From positions 1 through 52,080 of IMG/VR virus record IMGVR_UViG_3300048599_000785: a stretch of 52,080 nucleotides of DNA, one strand, 5' to 3'. This document shows, piece by piece, positions 36,257 to 46,018 of the stretch. The stretch's first letter is position 1, and every line of letters starts with the position of its first letter. Position numbers and translations under genes: made by a program. This DNA is from a virus (lineage: Duplodnaviria > Caudoviricetes). The notes beneath the pieces were generated by a model that saw only the letters and a list, made by a program, of their open reading frames with translations, did no database searches and was not told where the DNA came from.

Positions 36257-38554
36257 ATGGCCACCCTCACCTCCCGCCTCGTGGTCGCGATCCTGGACCA
36301 GGCGACCCGGCCGGCGCGCCAGATCTCGGCGGCCATCCGCGGCATCGCCCGGGCCACGAGGGAAGCGAACCGCGAGCAGCTGACGGCCTTCGCCCAGCGC
36401 CAGCGGCAGCAGGCGCGCCAGCTGCAGGGCCAGCTGGTGGGCACGGCCGCGGCCGCCGCCGGCCTGGGCTATGCGCTGAACCGGCCTCGCGCGGCGGCGC
36501 GGGACTTCCAGACGCAGCTGACCGACATCCAGCAGAAGGCCGGCCTGTCCGACGCGGCCGTCGCCGCCCTCGGCCGGCGCGTCCGACGCCTGGGGCCCGA
36601 GGTCAATCAGACCGCGTCCGAAGTCGCCCGGAGCATCGACACCCTGATGGGCTTCGGTCTCGACGCCGGCGCGGCCGAGGCCATGACCAGGCCGATCGGC
36701 AAGGCGGCGACGGCCTACAACGCCGCGACCGAGGATCTCGCGGCGGCGACCTTCGCCGTCGTCGACAACCTGCAGGTCCCGGCCGAACAGACCGCCAAGG
36801 CCCTCGACGTCATGGCCCAGGCCGGCAAGGACGGCGCGGTCGAGCTCAAGGACATGGCGACCGCCTTCCCGGGCCTGACCGCCGGCGCACGCGGCCTGGG
36901 CGAGACCGGCGTCGCCGCCGTCGCCGACCTCGCCGCGGCGCTCGAGATCGCGCGCAAGGGCGCGGCGTCGGCCGACGAGGCCGCCACCAACATCGCCAAC
37001 CTTCAGCAGAAGATCATGGCCCCGCAGACCCGGAAGGCCTTCGCCGCAATGGGCGTGGACCTGGAAGGCTCGCTCAAGGCGGCGAAGGCGGCCGGCCAGT
37101 CGTCGATCGAGGCGATCACCAGCATCACCAACAAGGCCCTGGGCGGCGACCTGTCCAGGCTGGGCGACCTGTTCCAGGACGCCCAGGTCCAGAAGGCCCT
37201 GCGGCCGCTGATCCAGAATCTCGAAGAGTTCCGCCAGCTGCGCCGGCGCGCCTTCGAGGCGAGCGGCGGCGTCGACGCGGACTTCGCCAAGCGGATGGAG
37301 ACCGACGCCGCCAAGGAGAAGCTGGTCGCGGTCAACGCCCTGGAGGCGGCCATCGCCCTCGGCGGAAGCCTGCGCCCGGCCTTCGCGGCCGTCTTCAACG
37401 TCATCACCCCAGTGCTCAACCTGGTCGGCCAGCTGATCGAGCGCCACCCGGTTCTCACCCGGTTCGTCATCGGCACGACCGTGGCCCTGGTGGGACTGCG
37501 CCTCGCCATGCTCGCCACCCGGTTCGCCAAGGCCCAGTTCCTCGCCACCCTGGCGGAGATGGGGCTCGGCCTGATCGGCGCGCGGACTCGCCTCGGGGCC
37601 ATCTCGACCTTCCTGTTCGGCCCCTTCATCCGCGCGCACCAGCGGGCGGGGGTGCAGATGGCGCTGATGCGGGCGGAAATGGCGGGGACGGCGACCGCCG
37701 GCGCCATCGCCAGAGCCGGCTTCGGCGTCTACGCCCGCGCGCTGCTCGGACTGCTGAACCCGATGCGTCTGGTCAGCGTCGCGACCAACCTGCTGAAGCT
37801 GTCGGTACGCGGTCTGATGGCGGCGACGGGGGTCGGCCTCCTGATTGTGGCGGCCAGCCTCATCGTCGAGCACTGGCGCGGCGTGGTGACCTTCTTCCAG
37901 GGCTTCGGCCGCGGCTTCATGGCCGCCCTCGCGCCGGTCGCGCCGGCGCTGAAGCCGCTGATCGACCTGATCAAGGGCGTCGTCGGCTGGGTCGCCAGGC
38001 TGTTCGGCGGCAAGGAAGGCGAGGACTGGTCCAAGTTCGGCGAAATCGCCGGCCGGGCCATCGGCGGCGTGGTCGCGGCGATCGCGCAGCTGATCGGCTT
38101 GCTGGTGACGGCCATCGCCAAGGTGGGCGAGTTCTGGGACCGCTGGAACAACCGCGGGCGCCTGAGCCGCCAGATGGTCCCCGTCGACGACATGCGGCGC
38201 TTCGCCAACCAGGGCCTGGTCCCGCCGGACCAGATGCAGGCCTGGCGCGATTCCGCGGGGCAGATCCCCGGCCGCCGCAACGGCGGCTACGTCTCGGCCG
38301 GCCAGATCTACCAGATCGAGGAAGACGAGGTGTTCCGGCCCGGCCGGTCTGGGACCGTCATCCCCAGCCGCGAGGCGGCCAAGCTGGGCGGCGGCCGCGG
38401 GGCGATCACCATCCAGCAGAGCTTCCGCAACACCTACCAGATCCAGGGCGCCACCGCCGCCGAGGTGATCGCCCAGATCGAGGCCCGCCAGCGCGCCCAG
38501 CAGGCCGAGGCGGCGCGCGGCGCCTACGCCGACTTCGACATCCGGAGCGACTGA
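36257..38554 (+). CDS. Tape measure protein (TP901 core)
   Basis: AGKDGAVELKDMA..LFQDAQ; Ala-rich helical protein. Confidence 0.93.
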   Translation: MATLTSRLVVAILDQATRPARQISAAIRGIARATREANREQLTAFAQRQRQQARQLQGQLVGTAAAAAGLGYALNRPRAAARDFQTQLTDIQQKAGLSDAAVAALGRRVRRLGPEVNQTASEVARSIDTLMGFGLDAGAAEAMTRPIGKAATAYNAATEDLAAATFAVVDNLQVPAEQTAKALDVMAQAGKDGAVELKDMATAFPGLTAGARGLGETGVAAVADLAAALEIARKGAASADEAATNIANLQQKIMAPQTRKAFAAMGVDLEGSLKAAKAAGQSSIEAITSITNKALGGDLSRLGDLFQDAQVQKALRPLIQNLEEFRQLRRRAFEASGGVDADFAKRMETDAAKEKLVAVNALEAAIALGGSLRPAFAAVFNVITPVLNLVGQLIERHPVLTRFVIGTTVALVGLRLAMLATRFAKAQFLATLAEMGLGLIGARTRLGAISTFLFGPFIRAHQRAGVQMALMRAEMAGTATAGAIARAGFGVYARALLGLLNPMRLVSVATNLLKLSVRGLMAATGVGLLIVAASLIVEHWRGVVTFFQGFGRGFMAALAPVAPALKPLIDLIKGVVGWVARLFGGKEGEDWSKFGEIAGRAIGGVVAAIAQLIGLLVTAIAKVGEFWDRWNNRGRLSRQMVPVDDMRRFANQGLVPPDQMQAWRDSAGQIPGRRNGGYVSAGQIYQIEEDEVFRPGRSGTVIPSREAAKLGGGRGAITIQQSFRNTYQIQGATAAEVIAQIEARQRAQQAEAARGAYADFDIRSD

Positions 38555-38555
38555 C

Positions 38556-38978
38556 GTGCTCTACCGCCTCGGCGGCGTGACCTTCGAGGTCGCGCCCCTC
38601 AACACCCACGAGATCTCGCGCACGGCCGGCGCGGACTTCGCCGAGAAGCCGGTGCTGGGCCGCCGGCCGGAGCTGGAGTTCGTCGGGCCCGGCGCCGAGG
38701 AGTGGAGCTTTTCGGGCAGCGTCTTTCCCGCCCGGTTCGGCGGCGAGGAGAACCTCGCCAGCCTCGACGCCGCGCGGGAGGCGGGACTGCCCCTGCCGCT
38801 CGTCCGCGGCGACGGCGTGCCCCACGGCTGGTTCGTCATCTCCGGCCTGCGCGACACCCGCAAGTTCCTCGACGCCCGCGGCGTGCCGCAGCAGATCGAG
38901 TACGAGCTGTCCCTGAAGCGGTCCGACCCGGCAGAGCCCGGCCTCTACGACGAGATGATGCAGGACCTGTGGCAATGA
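38556..38978 (+). CDS. Tail protein (P2 GpU-like)
   Basis: LEFVGPG..PLVRGDG..GWFVI. Confidence 0.88.
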   Translation: MLYRLGGVTFEVAPLNTHEISRTAGADFAEKPVLGRRPELEFVGPGAEEWSFSGSVFPARFGGEENLASLDAAREAGLPLPLVRGDGVPHGWFVISGLRDTRKFLDARGVPQQIEYELSLKRSDPAEPGLYDEMMQDLWQ

Positions 38979-39208
38979 CCGCCGCCGACACCGTGATCGT
39001 CAGCGCCGAGGGCCTGACCCTGGACCTGCTGGTCTGGCGGCGGTTCCGCCGGCGGACGCCCGGCCTGGTCGAGCAGGCGTTCGATCTCAACCCGGGCCTG
39101 GCCGCCCGCGGCGAGCTGCTGCCCCTGGGCGCCGCGGTCCGGCTGCCGGCGGCGCCCTCGCCCACCGCCGCCACGCCGACGACCGACGTGATCCGGCTGT
39201 GGGAGTAG
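38975..39208 (+). CDS. Tail protein X
   Basis: TLDLLVWR..NPGLA..LPLG..IRLW. Confidence 0.88.
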   Translation: MTAADTVIVSAEGLTLDLLVWRRFRRRTPGLVEQAFDLNPGLAARGELLPLGAAVRLPAAPSPTAATPTTDVIRLWE

Positions 39209-39211
39209 GCT

Positions 39212-40261
39212 TTGATCGAGCTGAACTACAAGCTGGTGGTGGCGCGGATCGACCTGTCGACCACCCTGGACCCCTGGCTGCAGCGCCTGACCATCCATGA
39301 TGAGGCCGGCGTCCAGAGCGACACCCTGGAGTTCGAGCTCGACGACCGGGAGGCGGCCATCGTCATGCCGCCGATCCGCGCGCCGATCGCGGCGACCCTG
39401 GTCGATCGCCAGGGCTACGCCCGCCAGTTCGACGGCTTCATCGACGAGATCGCCTCGCGCGGCGACCGCGGCGGCGGCCGGGTGCTGATCTTCCGCGCCA
39501 AGGGCGTCGACACCGTAAGCCGGCTGAAGGAGCGGGTGGACGCCCACTACGACGATGCGACCCTGGCCGAGGCCCTCACCGCCGCCGGCCGCGCCGCCGG
39601 CGTCGCCAAGGTCGTCGTGGATCCGGCCTTCGCCGGCGTCGCGCGCCCCTACTTCGCCCAGCAGAACGAGAGTTTCCTCGCCTTCGGCCAGCGCCTGGCG
39701 CGCGAGGCCGGCGCCACCTTCCGGGTCCAGGGCGACGTGGCCTTCCTGGTCAAGCGCGGGACGGGGCTGAGCGTCGGCGGCCGGGCCCTGCCGACCGTGG
39801 TAGCCGCCTGGGGCGACAACCTGGTGAGCTGGGACATCTCCCCGCAGCTGGGCCGGCCGCGCCACCGCCGGACCCGGGTCCGGCTGCACGATCCCCGGAC
39901 CGGCCGGCAGAAGGAGCGGCTGGTCGAGCTGGTCGACACCGCGGCCGACGCCACCCACACCGGGGCCTTCCTGGCCGCGGACGAAGCGGACGCGGACCTG
40001 CAGGCCAGCGCCGACGCCGGCGAGGTGGGCCGCGCCCGGGGCGGCGGCTCGGTCGAGATCCTGGGCGACATGCGCGCCCTGCCCGAAGGGGTGCTGCGCC
40101 TGTCCGGCGCCCGGCCGGGCATCGACGGCGACTACCGGATCAAGTCGGTCGACCACACCCGCGACCGCAGCGGGGGCCTGACCACCCGCCTCGAGCTCGG
40201 CGAACCCCATGGGACCGCCGGCACGGACTCCCGCGGCGGCGGCCGCATCATCGCCCCCTGA
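39212..40261 (+). CDS. Late control D / baseplate hub protein
   Basis: DEAGVQSDTLEFELDD..QQNESFLAF..RPGIDGDY..GLTTRLEL. Confidence 0.9.
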   Translation: MIELNYKLVVARIDLSTTLDPWLQRLTIHDEAGVQSDTLEFELDDREAAIVMPPIRAPIAATLVDRQGYARQFDGFIDEIASRGDRGGGRVLIFRAKGVDTVSRLKERVDAHYDDATLAEALTAAGRAAGVAKVVVDPAFAGVARPYFAQQNESFLAFGQRLAREAGATFRVQGDVAFLVKRGTGLSVGGRALPTVVAAWGDNLVSWDISPQLGRPRHRRTRVRLHDPRTGRQKERLVELVDTAADATHTGAFLAADEADADLQASADAGEVGRARGGGSVEILGDMRALPEGVLRLSGARPGIDGDYRIKSVDHTRDRSGGLTTRLELGEPHGTAGTDSRGGGRIIAP

Positions 40262-40263
40262 CC

Positions 40264-40280
40264 TGCGAGCGGCGCTCGCA
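40264..40280. repeat. 17-bp palindrome, perfect intergenic copy
   Basis: TGCGAGCGGCGCTCGCA. Confidence 0.9.
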
Positions 40281-40311
40281 TCCCTGTCCCCGCGTACCGG
40301 AGACCGCCGGC

Positions 40312-40656
40312 ATGGCCGATCCCAAGATCTGGCAGACCCCCGACATCGATGCGGCGGGCAACATCAACGTCCACGCCGAGGCCGGGGTGGAGCTGGTGCT
40401 GCTCGCCCTCGACGACGCGGGCGAGCCGATCGACATCTCGGCCGAGCAGCTGGTGATCGTCTACGCCGGCCGGGAGACGCCGCTGGAAGCCGGCGAGGCG
40501 CCGACCGAGCGCGTGATCCGGCTCACCCAGGCGGCGGTCCGGGACCTGCCGCGCAAGCCCGCCTCCACCGCCTTCGTGGTGGTCGACCGGGCCAGCGATC
40601 CCTCGCCGCTTTATTGGGAGGGCCGGATCGTCGTGCGCGACCTGGCGGCCTGCTGA
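40312..40656 (+). CDS. Hypothetical structural/adaptor protein
   Basis: GEPIDIS..YWEGRIVV, resembles fibre-anchor domains. Confidence 0.6.
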   Translation: MADPKIWQTPDIDAAGNINVHAEAGVELVLLALDDAGEPIDISAEQLVIVYAGRETPLEAGEAPTERVIRLTQAAVRDLPRKPASTAFVVVDRASDPSPLYWEGRIVVRDLAAC

Positions 40657-40979
40657 TGAGCGCCATCGTCAAGGTCCTGCAGCAGCCGATCAAGCTGGCC
40701 ACCTCCGAACGCACCGTCACCCGCGTCGCCATCCGCAGCCAGGGGCTGCGGGGGCGGGAAGGTCCGGCCGGCGATGTCGTCGCCCTTGAGGGCTACACGC
40801 ACACCCAGTCGAGCCCCTCGTCGAGCTGGACGGTCAACCACAACCTCGGCCGCAAGCCGCTCGTGCAGGTCCTCAGCCCGGGCGGTCTCGAGGTGATCGC
40901 CGAGGTGCTGCACGTCTCGACCAACCAGGTCCTCGTCTCATTCGCCTCCGCCCAGTCCGGGTCGGTGCGCTGCCTCTAG
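40656..40979 (+). CDS. Hypothetical virion appendage protein
   Basis: GLRGREGPAG; YTHTQSSPSSSWTVNHNLG. Confidence 0.7.
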   Translation: MSAIVKVLQQPIKLATSERTVTRVAIRSQGLRGREGPAGDVVALEGYTHTQSSPSSSWTVNHNLGRKPLVQVLSPGGLEVIAEVLHVSTNQVLVSFASAQSGSVRCL

Positions 40980-40994
40980 CTGGAGAGCCTCCCC

Positions 40995-41789
40995 ATGGCC
41001 AAGGACGTCCATTCCACACTCAACTTCACCGGCGGCGCCAAGGTCACCGGCCTGCCGTCGGCGACTGGCGCCGGCGAGCCCATCGTCTTCGAACAATTCA
41101 ATGCGGCGCTTGAGGGCATCGCCTGGAAGGACGACGTGGTCGCCGCCTCGACGGCGAACATCAACCTGTCCTCCCCGGGCTCAACCATCGACGGCGTGAC
41201 GATGGCGAGCGGCGACCGCTTCCTCGCGAAGGACCAGTCCACGGGCTCGCAGAACGGGATTTACATCTGGAACGGGGCCTCGTCGGCCGCCACGCGTGCG
41301 GCCGACATGAGCGCCTCGGCGGAGTTCAACAGCGCCGTCGTCCCGGTGAAAGCGGGATCGACCAACGCCGGAACGCAATGGCGGCAAACCGCCGCCGACC
41401 CCACGGTCGGCTCGACCTCCATCGTGTTCACCGCCTTCCTGTCGGGCGCCGGTGCGGCCAGCGAAAGCAGCGCCGGCATCGCGGAGATCGCCACTCAGGG
41501 CGAGACTGACGCCGGATCGGACGACACTCGCATCGTCACGCCTAACAAGCTGGCGAACTATTCCGGTCGGGCGAAGCGATACGCGGTGGACGTCGGCGAC
41601 GGGTCCAACACCTCCATCACCGTCACCCACAACCTCAACACTCGCGACGTCCAGGTCGTCGTGCGCCGCAACAGCGGGGCCTACGACGAGGTGCTGGTCG
41701 ACTGGGGGGCCGCCACGGTCAACACCGTCGTCCTGGTGTTCGCCACGGCGCCCTCGTCGGCGCAATTCCGCTGCATCGTGCTGGCTTAG
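40995..41789 (+). CDS. Fibre/appendage structural protein
   Basis: TIDGV..GDRFLAKDQ..QNGIY; GIAEIATQ.E..VTP; THNLNTRDV. Confidence 0.75.
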   Translation: MAKDVHSTLNFTGGAKVTGLPSATGAGEPIVFEQFNAALEGIAWKDDVVAASTANINLSSPGSTIDGVTMASGDRFLAKDQSTGSQNGIYIWNGASSAATRAADMSASAEFNSAVVPVKAGSTNAGTQWRQTAADPTVGSTSIVFTAFLSGAGAASESSAGIAEIATQGETDAGSDDTRIVTPNKLANYSGRAKRYAVDVGDGSNTSITVTHNLNTRDVQVVVRRNSGAYDEVLVDWGAATVNTVVLVFATAPSSAQFRCIVLA

Positions 41790-41794
41790 CGCCG

Positions 41795-42214
41795 ATGGAC
41801 GTGCTCGCGGCCACCGGCCTGAAGGACGGCTCGTCTCGCCAGGCCTTTCAGGACGCCACCATCACCTTCGTGATCGATGGCGGCGGCGCGTCCATCACGA
41901 CGGGGGTGAAGGGGGACCTTACCATCCCCTTCGCCTGCACCATCCTAGAATGGACACTGCTGGGCGATCAGTCCGGCTCCATCGTGGTGGACATCTGGAA
42001 AGACACCTACGCCAACTACCCGCCTTTGGTGGGCGACAGCATCACGGCGTCGGCCAAGCCCACCATCTCGACGGCCACAAAGGGGCAGAGCAGCACCCTG
42101 ACCGGCTGGACCAACAGCGGCGCCATCTCGGCGGGCGACATCCTGCGCTTCAACGTCGACAGCGTGACCTCCCTCCAGCGGGTCACGCTGTCCCTCAAGG
42201 TCAAGAAGACCTAA
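41795..42214 (+). CDS. Hypothetical structural protein
   Basis: TFVIDGGG..ITTGVKG..GDILRFNVDS. Confidence 0.7.
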   Translation: MDVLAATGLKDGSSRQAFQDATITFVIDGGGASITTGVKGDLTIPFACTILEWTLLGDQSGSIVVDIWKDTYANYPPLVGDSITASAKPTISTATKGQSSTLTGWTNSGAISAGDILRFNVDSVTSLQRVTLSLKVKKT

Positions 42215-43510
42215 ATGGCGAAGGGTTACATCGTCAGCCGCGGCGCGGCGACCACGGCGAACAACGCCAGCGTCACGCCCACCCTGCCGACCCATGCGGC
42301 CGGCGACCTGGTCGGTGTTGTCTGGAGCGCCCGGGGAAACGGCACGCCGGGCACGCCCTCTGGCTACACGGCGGTCAGCGGCGGGCCATGGGTCAACACG
42401 ACCTCAAACACGTCCCAGATCCACGTCTTCTTCAAGGAAGCCACCTCGGGCTCCGAGAGCAATCCGACCGTCAGCTACTCGGGCGGCGCCGCGGGTCACG
42501 ATACCCAGGCGTTCGCCTTCGTGGTGCGCGGCCCGAAGTCGATCTCCGTCCTGGGGACGAAGTTTACCGGCACGTCCGCCCAGAACATCGGCGCCATCAC
42601 GGCCGGCGCGGTCTCGGCCTATCAGGCGGTGATGTTCGCCGGCCACAAGGCCGACGACTCCACGGTCTCCGGCGCGCCCCGCATCCAGAGCAATAGCCTC
42701 TTCTGGTCCATCGCCGGCTATTCCTCGACCACGACGGGCAACGACGCGACCCTCGTTGCGCAACTGGCGCTCCCCCGCGCCGGGGTGACGATCTCCTCGG
42801 CGACCATCAACATCAACGGCGGCGCCTCGGCCACTTCGGTCGGCATCAGTCTCGTGTTCGATGCGGTCGACGATTGGCCGTGCGCCTGGAACCCGATGGC
42901 GACGGACTACCTGCGGGGCCTCGGGCCCTGCAACGTCTCGGGGTCCGACTTCCTCACGGTCCAGTGCACCAACTTCGGCCGCATCGCCGCCGGCAAGGGC
43001 ATCCCGGACGGGGCCAAGGGCTACTTCGAGATCACCGTCACGTCCGTAACCTCGGGCGGCGTCGTCGGTGTCGTCGGCGAGATCCACGATTTCGATAACG
43101 GCGCGGGTTATCCGGGCGGCCTGCAGTATTCGATGGGCTGGGCCACCAATGGCGCCATCTCCGAATGGTCGACCGGCGCAGGCACCGTCGCGACCTGGAC
43201 CACAGGGGACGTGCTGGGGATCGCGGTCGACCGCACTCAGTCCAACGACACCTTCTATTTCCGGGTCAACGGCGGGAACTGGAACAACAGCGGCTCGGCC
43301 GACCCTGCCACCAACACCGGCGGGATCACCGGCTTCGGCAACCTCACCAGCCGGGCCGCCCTCTATCCATCGGTCAAGACCGAAGCCAGCAACTCGACCT
43401 ACGTCCTGAACGCCGGCCGGACAGCCTTCGCCAACGCTGCGCCATCGGGTTTCAGCGGCATTGATAGCCTCGACCCGAAGGGCCGGAGCTACGGCTACAT
43501 CTTCGGCTGA
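42215..43510 (+). CDS. Putative receptor-binding protein with C-terminal SPRY/ConA-like domain
   Basis: KGYFEITV..TTGDVLGIAVD..FRVNG..APSGF. Confidence 0.7.
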   Translation: MAKGYIVSRGAATTANNASVTPTLPTHAAGDLVGVVWSARGNGTPGTPSGYTAVSGGPWVNTTSNTSQIHVFFKEATSGSESNPTVSYSGGAAGHDTQAFAFVVRGPKSISVLGTKFTGTSAQNIGAITAGAVSAYQAVMFAGHKADDSTVSGAPRIQSNSLFWSIAGYSSTTTGNDATLVAQLALPRAGVTISSATININGGASATSVGISLVFDAVDDWPCAWNPMATDYLRGLGPCNVSGSDFLTVQCTNFGRIAAGKGIPDGAKGYFEITVTSVTSGGVVGVVGEIHDFDNGAGYPGGLQYSMGWATNGAISEWSTGAGTVATWTTGDVLGIAVDRTQSNDTFYFRVNGGNWNNSGSADPATNTGGITGFGNLTSRAALYPSVKTEASNSTYVLNAGRTAFANAAPSGFSGIDSLDPKGRSYGYIFG

Positions 43511-43548
43511 CGGCGCGCCGCTAGCCCCTCCCACATCGGAGCCTTCCC

Positions 43549-45204
43549 ATGAAACACGCCCTTCGCGGCGCGCTGGCGTTCGTCTGCGCGTTGTTCCTGG
43601 TGCTGGCCTGCCAGCCCTCGGCGGCCGCCACGCGGATCGGGGTGAACCCCGAGAACGACGCGGCCAAGATCAGCCGCTACCTCGCCTTCATGGCCCCGCA
43701 GAAGGTCGACAGCATCGGCATGATCGTCGACATGGCGTCGTGGCCGGGCGCCACGCGGATCGACTGGATCCGCAACATCCTGAACCAGGTCACGGTCCCC
43801 GGCCAGGCGGCCAAGGGCTGGCGCGGGCCGGTGCAATGGACCGTCCCCGTCATCCTGGCCTCGGGCCCGGCCTCTCAGCTCGAGCAGGCCGCGCGCGGCG
43901 ATTTCGACGGCTACTGGCGGCAGCTGGCGCAGGCCATCCTCGCCGACAGCCCGCCGGACGGGGAAATCCTGATCCGCCCGATGAGCGAGTTCAACGCCGT
44001 CGGCTGGGGCTACAGCTGGAACGCGGTCGGCAGGGAAGAGCTGTGGAAGCAGGTGTGGGTCCGCTTCGTCGGGGTCTACAAGTCGGTCAGCCCCCGGTTC
44101 GCACCTGTCTGGTGTTTCGTGCCCCGCAACGCCAACCCGCTGGCCGCCTATCCCGGCGACGCCTACGTCGCCTATTGGGACATCGACCTCTACTACCTCG
44201 GCAACTACGCCTACGCCGGCCTGAACGCCGAGCAGATGTTCGAGGCCTACCGCACCGAGCCGAACAGCCTGCAGTGGATCGCCGACCAGGCGAAGGCGCA
44301 CGGCAAGCCCTGGGGGATCTCGGAATGGGGCGTCGGCGCGACCGCCACCAGCGGCCGGGCCCTCGCCAAGGCCACCCAGGACGGCGCCGCCGGCTATGCC
44401 CGCAAGGCGGGGGAGTTCTTCATCTCGCAGGGGGCGGCCTACAGCTACTATTTCGACCGCGACGCGGACGTCTACACCGCGGTAAGCGACGGGGCCTCGC
44501 CCACCTTCGGCGCGGCCTACAAGGCGGCCATGATCGCGGCGGCGGGGGCCGGCCCGTCCGTCCCGACGCCCACGCCAACGCCGGCCCCGTCGCCCACAAC
44601 CCCCGCCGGCCCGAGCTGGAACCTCGGCGACACCCTGACCATGGCGGCGTGGAACCGCACCGCCTCCGCCTTCAGCGTCAAGCCCGGCGAGGTGGCCGAG
44701 GTCGAGTTCACCTTCCCCACCCTGACCGCCGCGGCCTTCGCGGGCGCCGGTACGGCGCAGCACGGCTTCGCCGGCAACACCAGCTGGCCGGGGGGCTCGC
44801 CCTGGTCGGCCTCGCTGCGGTCCGACACCGGCGCGGTGTGGCTGGGATCGAGCCTGAAGGCGTCCCCCGGCCTCAAGTTCGCCGCGGGGGCCCGGGTGGG
44901 CCTGAAGATCGACGCCAAGGCCTGGACGCTCGCCTGGCGGCTGAACGGCGGGGTCTATGGCGCGCCGCTCGACGTGTCGGCCTGGGCCGGGCAGGCGATC
45001 ATGCCGATGGTCGGCGTCGAGAACGGGACCGGGACGGTGAAGCTGGCGCAGGTCGCCGCCACGCTGATCCCCACGCCTGACCCGGCGCCGGCCCCCGCGC
45101 CCGTCCCCGTCCCGCCGGTCGTCACGCCGCCGCCGGCCAACGACAACGTCGAGATCACCGTCACCTTCAAAGGCCAGTCCAAGACGGTGACGTTCGGGCC
45201 CTGA
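43549..45204 (+). CDS. Secreted GH26-like glycoside hydrolase + Pro/Thr linker + SPRY-like domain
   Basis: Signal peptide; AARGDFDGYW, IRPMSEFN (acid/base), YPGDAYV, GKPWGISEWG (nucleophile). Confidence 0.8.
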   Translation: MKHALRGALAFVCALFLVLACQPSAAATRIGVNPENDAAKISRYLAFMAPQKVDSIGMIVDMASWPGATRIDWIRNILNQVTVPGQAAKGWRGPVQWTVPVILASGPASQLEQAARGDFDGYWRQLAQAILADSPPDGEILIRPMSEFNAVGWGYSWNAVGREELWKQVWVRFVGVYKSVSPRFAPVWCFVPRNANPLAAYPGDAYVAYWDIDLYYLGNYAYAGLNAEQMFEAYRTEPNSLQWIADQAKAHGKPWGISEWGVGATATSGRALAKATQDGAAGYARKAGEFFISQGAAYSYYFDRDADVYTAVSDGASPTFGAAYKAAMIAAAGAGPSVPTPTPTPAPSPTTPAGPSWNLGDTLTMAAWNRTASAFSVKPGEVAEVEFTFPTLTAAAFAGAGTAQHGFAGNTSWPGGSPWSASLRSDTGAVWLGSSLKASPGLKFAAGARVGLKIDAKAWTLAWRLNGGVYGAPLDVSAWAGQAIMPMVGVENGTGTVKLAQVAATLIPTPDPAPAPAPVPVPPVVTPPPANDNVEITVTFKGQSKTVTFGP

Positions 45205-45276
45205 CCGATGGCGCGCCGCCCGGCCGGGACTGCGAGCGCCGCTCGCCATGACACACAGAACAACGAGGGGGGTGCG

Positions 45277-45711
45277 GTGGCGGGAGGCATCGAGGACCTG
45301 CTGCGTCAGGTATTGGCAGGTCAGGCGGCGACACAGGCCAAGCTGGAAAGCCTGGACAGCTGGGTCCGCGACGTCGCCGCCGACACAAAGGCCGCCCGTG
45401 ACGGGATGATGGAGCTGCGCACCATCACCGAGCAGCAGGACCTGCCGGGCCGGATCTCGGAGGTGCGGCGCGAGGCGCTGCAGGCGGTCGCCGATCTGCG
45501 CAACGACGTGGTGCATCAGAACGTGAAGATCCGCGACGACCTCGGCGAGGTGGATGAGCGGGTCAAGACGCTCGAGGACCTGCGCGAGCGGCAGGCGGGC
45601 GCGCGCAGCCTGGTCGAATGGGTGGTGAAGCACTGGCCCGGCCTCGCCGCCCTGGTGGTCGCCGCCGCCGCCTGGCTGGCCGAGCACCTGCCCAAGCTCA
45701 AGGGGGGCTGA
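45277..45711 (+). CDS. Coiled-coil protein with C-terminal TM (holin/antiholin-like)
   Basis: Coiled coil then WPGLAALVVAAAAWL; start of lysis cassette. Confidence 0.6.
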   Translation: MAGGIEDLLRQVLAGQAATQAKLESLDSWVRDVAADTKAARDGMMELRTITEQQDLPGRISEVRREALQAVADLRNDVVHQNVKIRDDLGEVDERVKTLEDLRERQAGARSLVEWVVKHWPGLAALVVAAAAWLAEHLPKLKGG

Positions 45712-45712
45712 C

Positions 45713-46015
45713 ATGCCGCACGCCCAAGACGTCCTAGCCGGGATGGCCCTGCTGATCCTCGGGGGGCTGGCGTTCTGTTTCGCCTTCTTCGGCGTGCCGA
45801 AGGAAAACCACGACTTCATCATCTATGTGCTGGGGGCCCTCTCGGGCGCGCTGACCGTCGGCAGCGGACGCAAGCTGGCGGACAAGATCACCAACTCCAC
45901 CGGCGACGGCGCGACCATCCAGCCCGAGCTGCCGGAACCGCGCGCGGCCAGTCCGGGGCGGACCTCGTCGCGGCGCGCGCACGCCCTGCCTTCAGACCTT
46001 CCCCGACCGGAGTAA
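45713..46015 (+). CDS. Putative holin (2 TM)
   Basis: Two hydrophobic segments separated by VPKENHD; upstream of endolysin. Confidence 0.7.
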   Translation: MPHAQDVLAGMALLILGGLAFCFAFFGVPKENHDFIIYVLGALSGALTVGSGRKLADKITNSTGDGATIQPELPEPRAASPGRTSSRRAHALPSDLPRPE

Positions 46016-46018
46016 CCC

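Noticed and set aside
36930-36947. Additional palindrome copy in the TMP gene
   Set aside because: Too many mismatches to distinguish from GC-rich background
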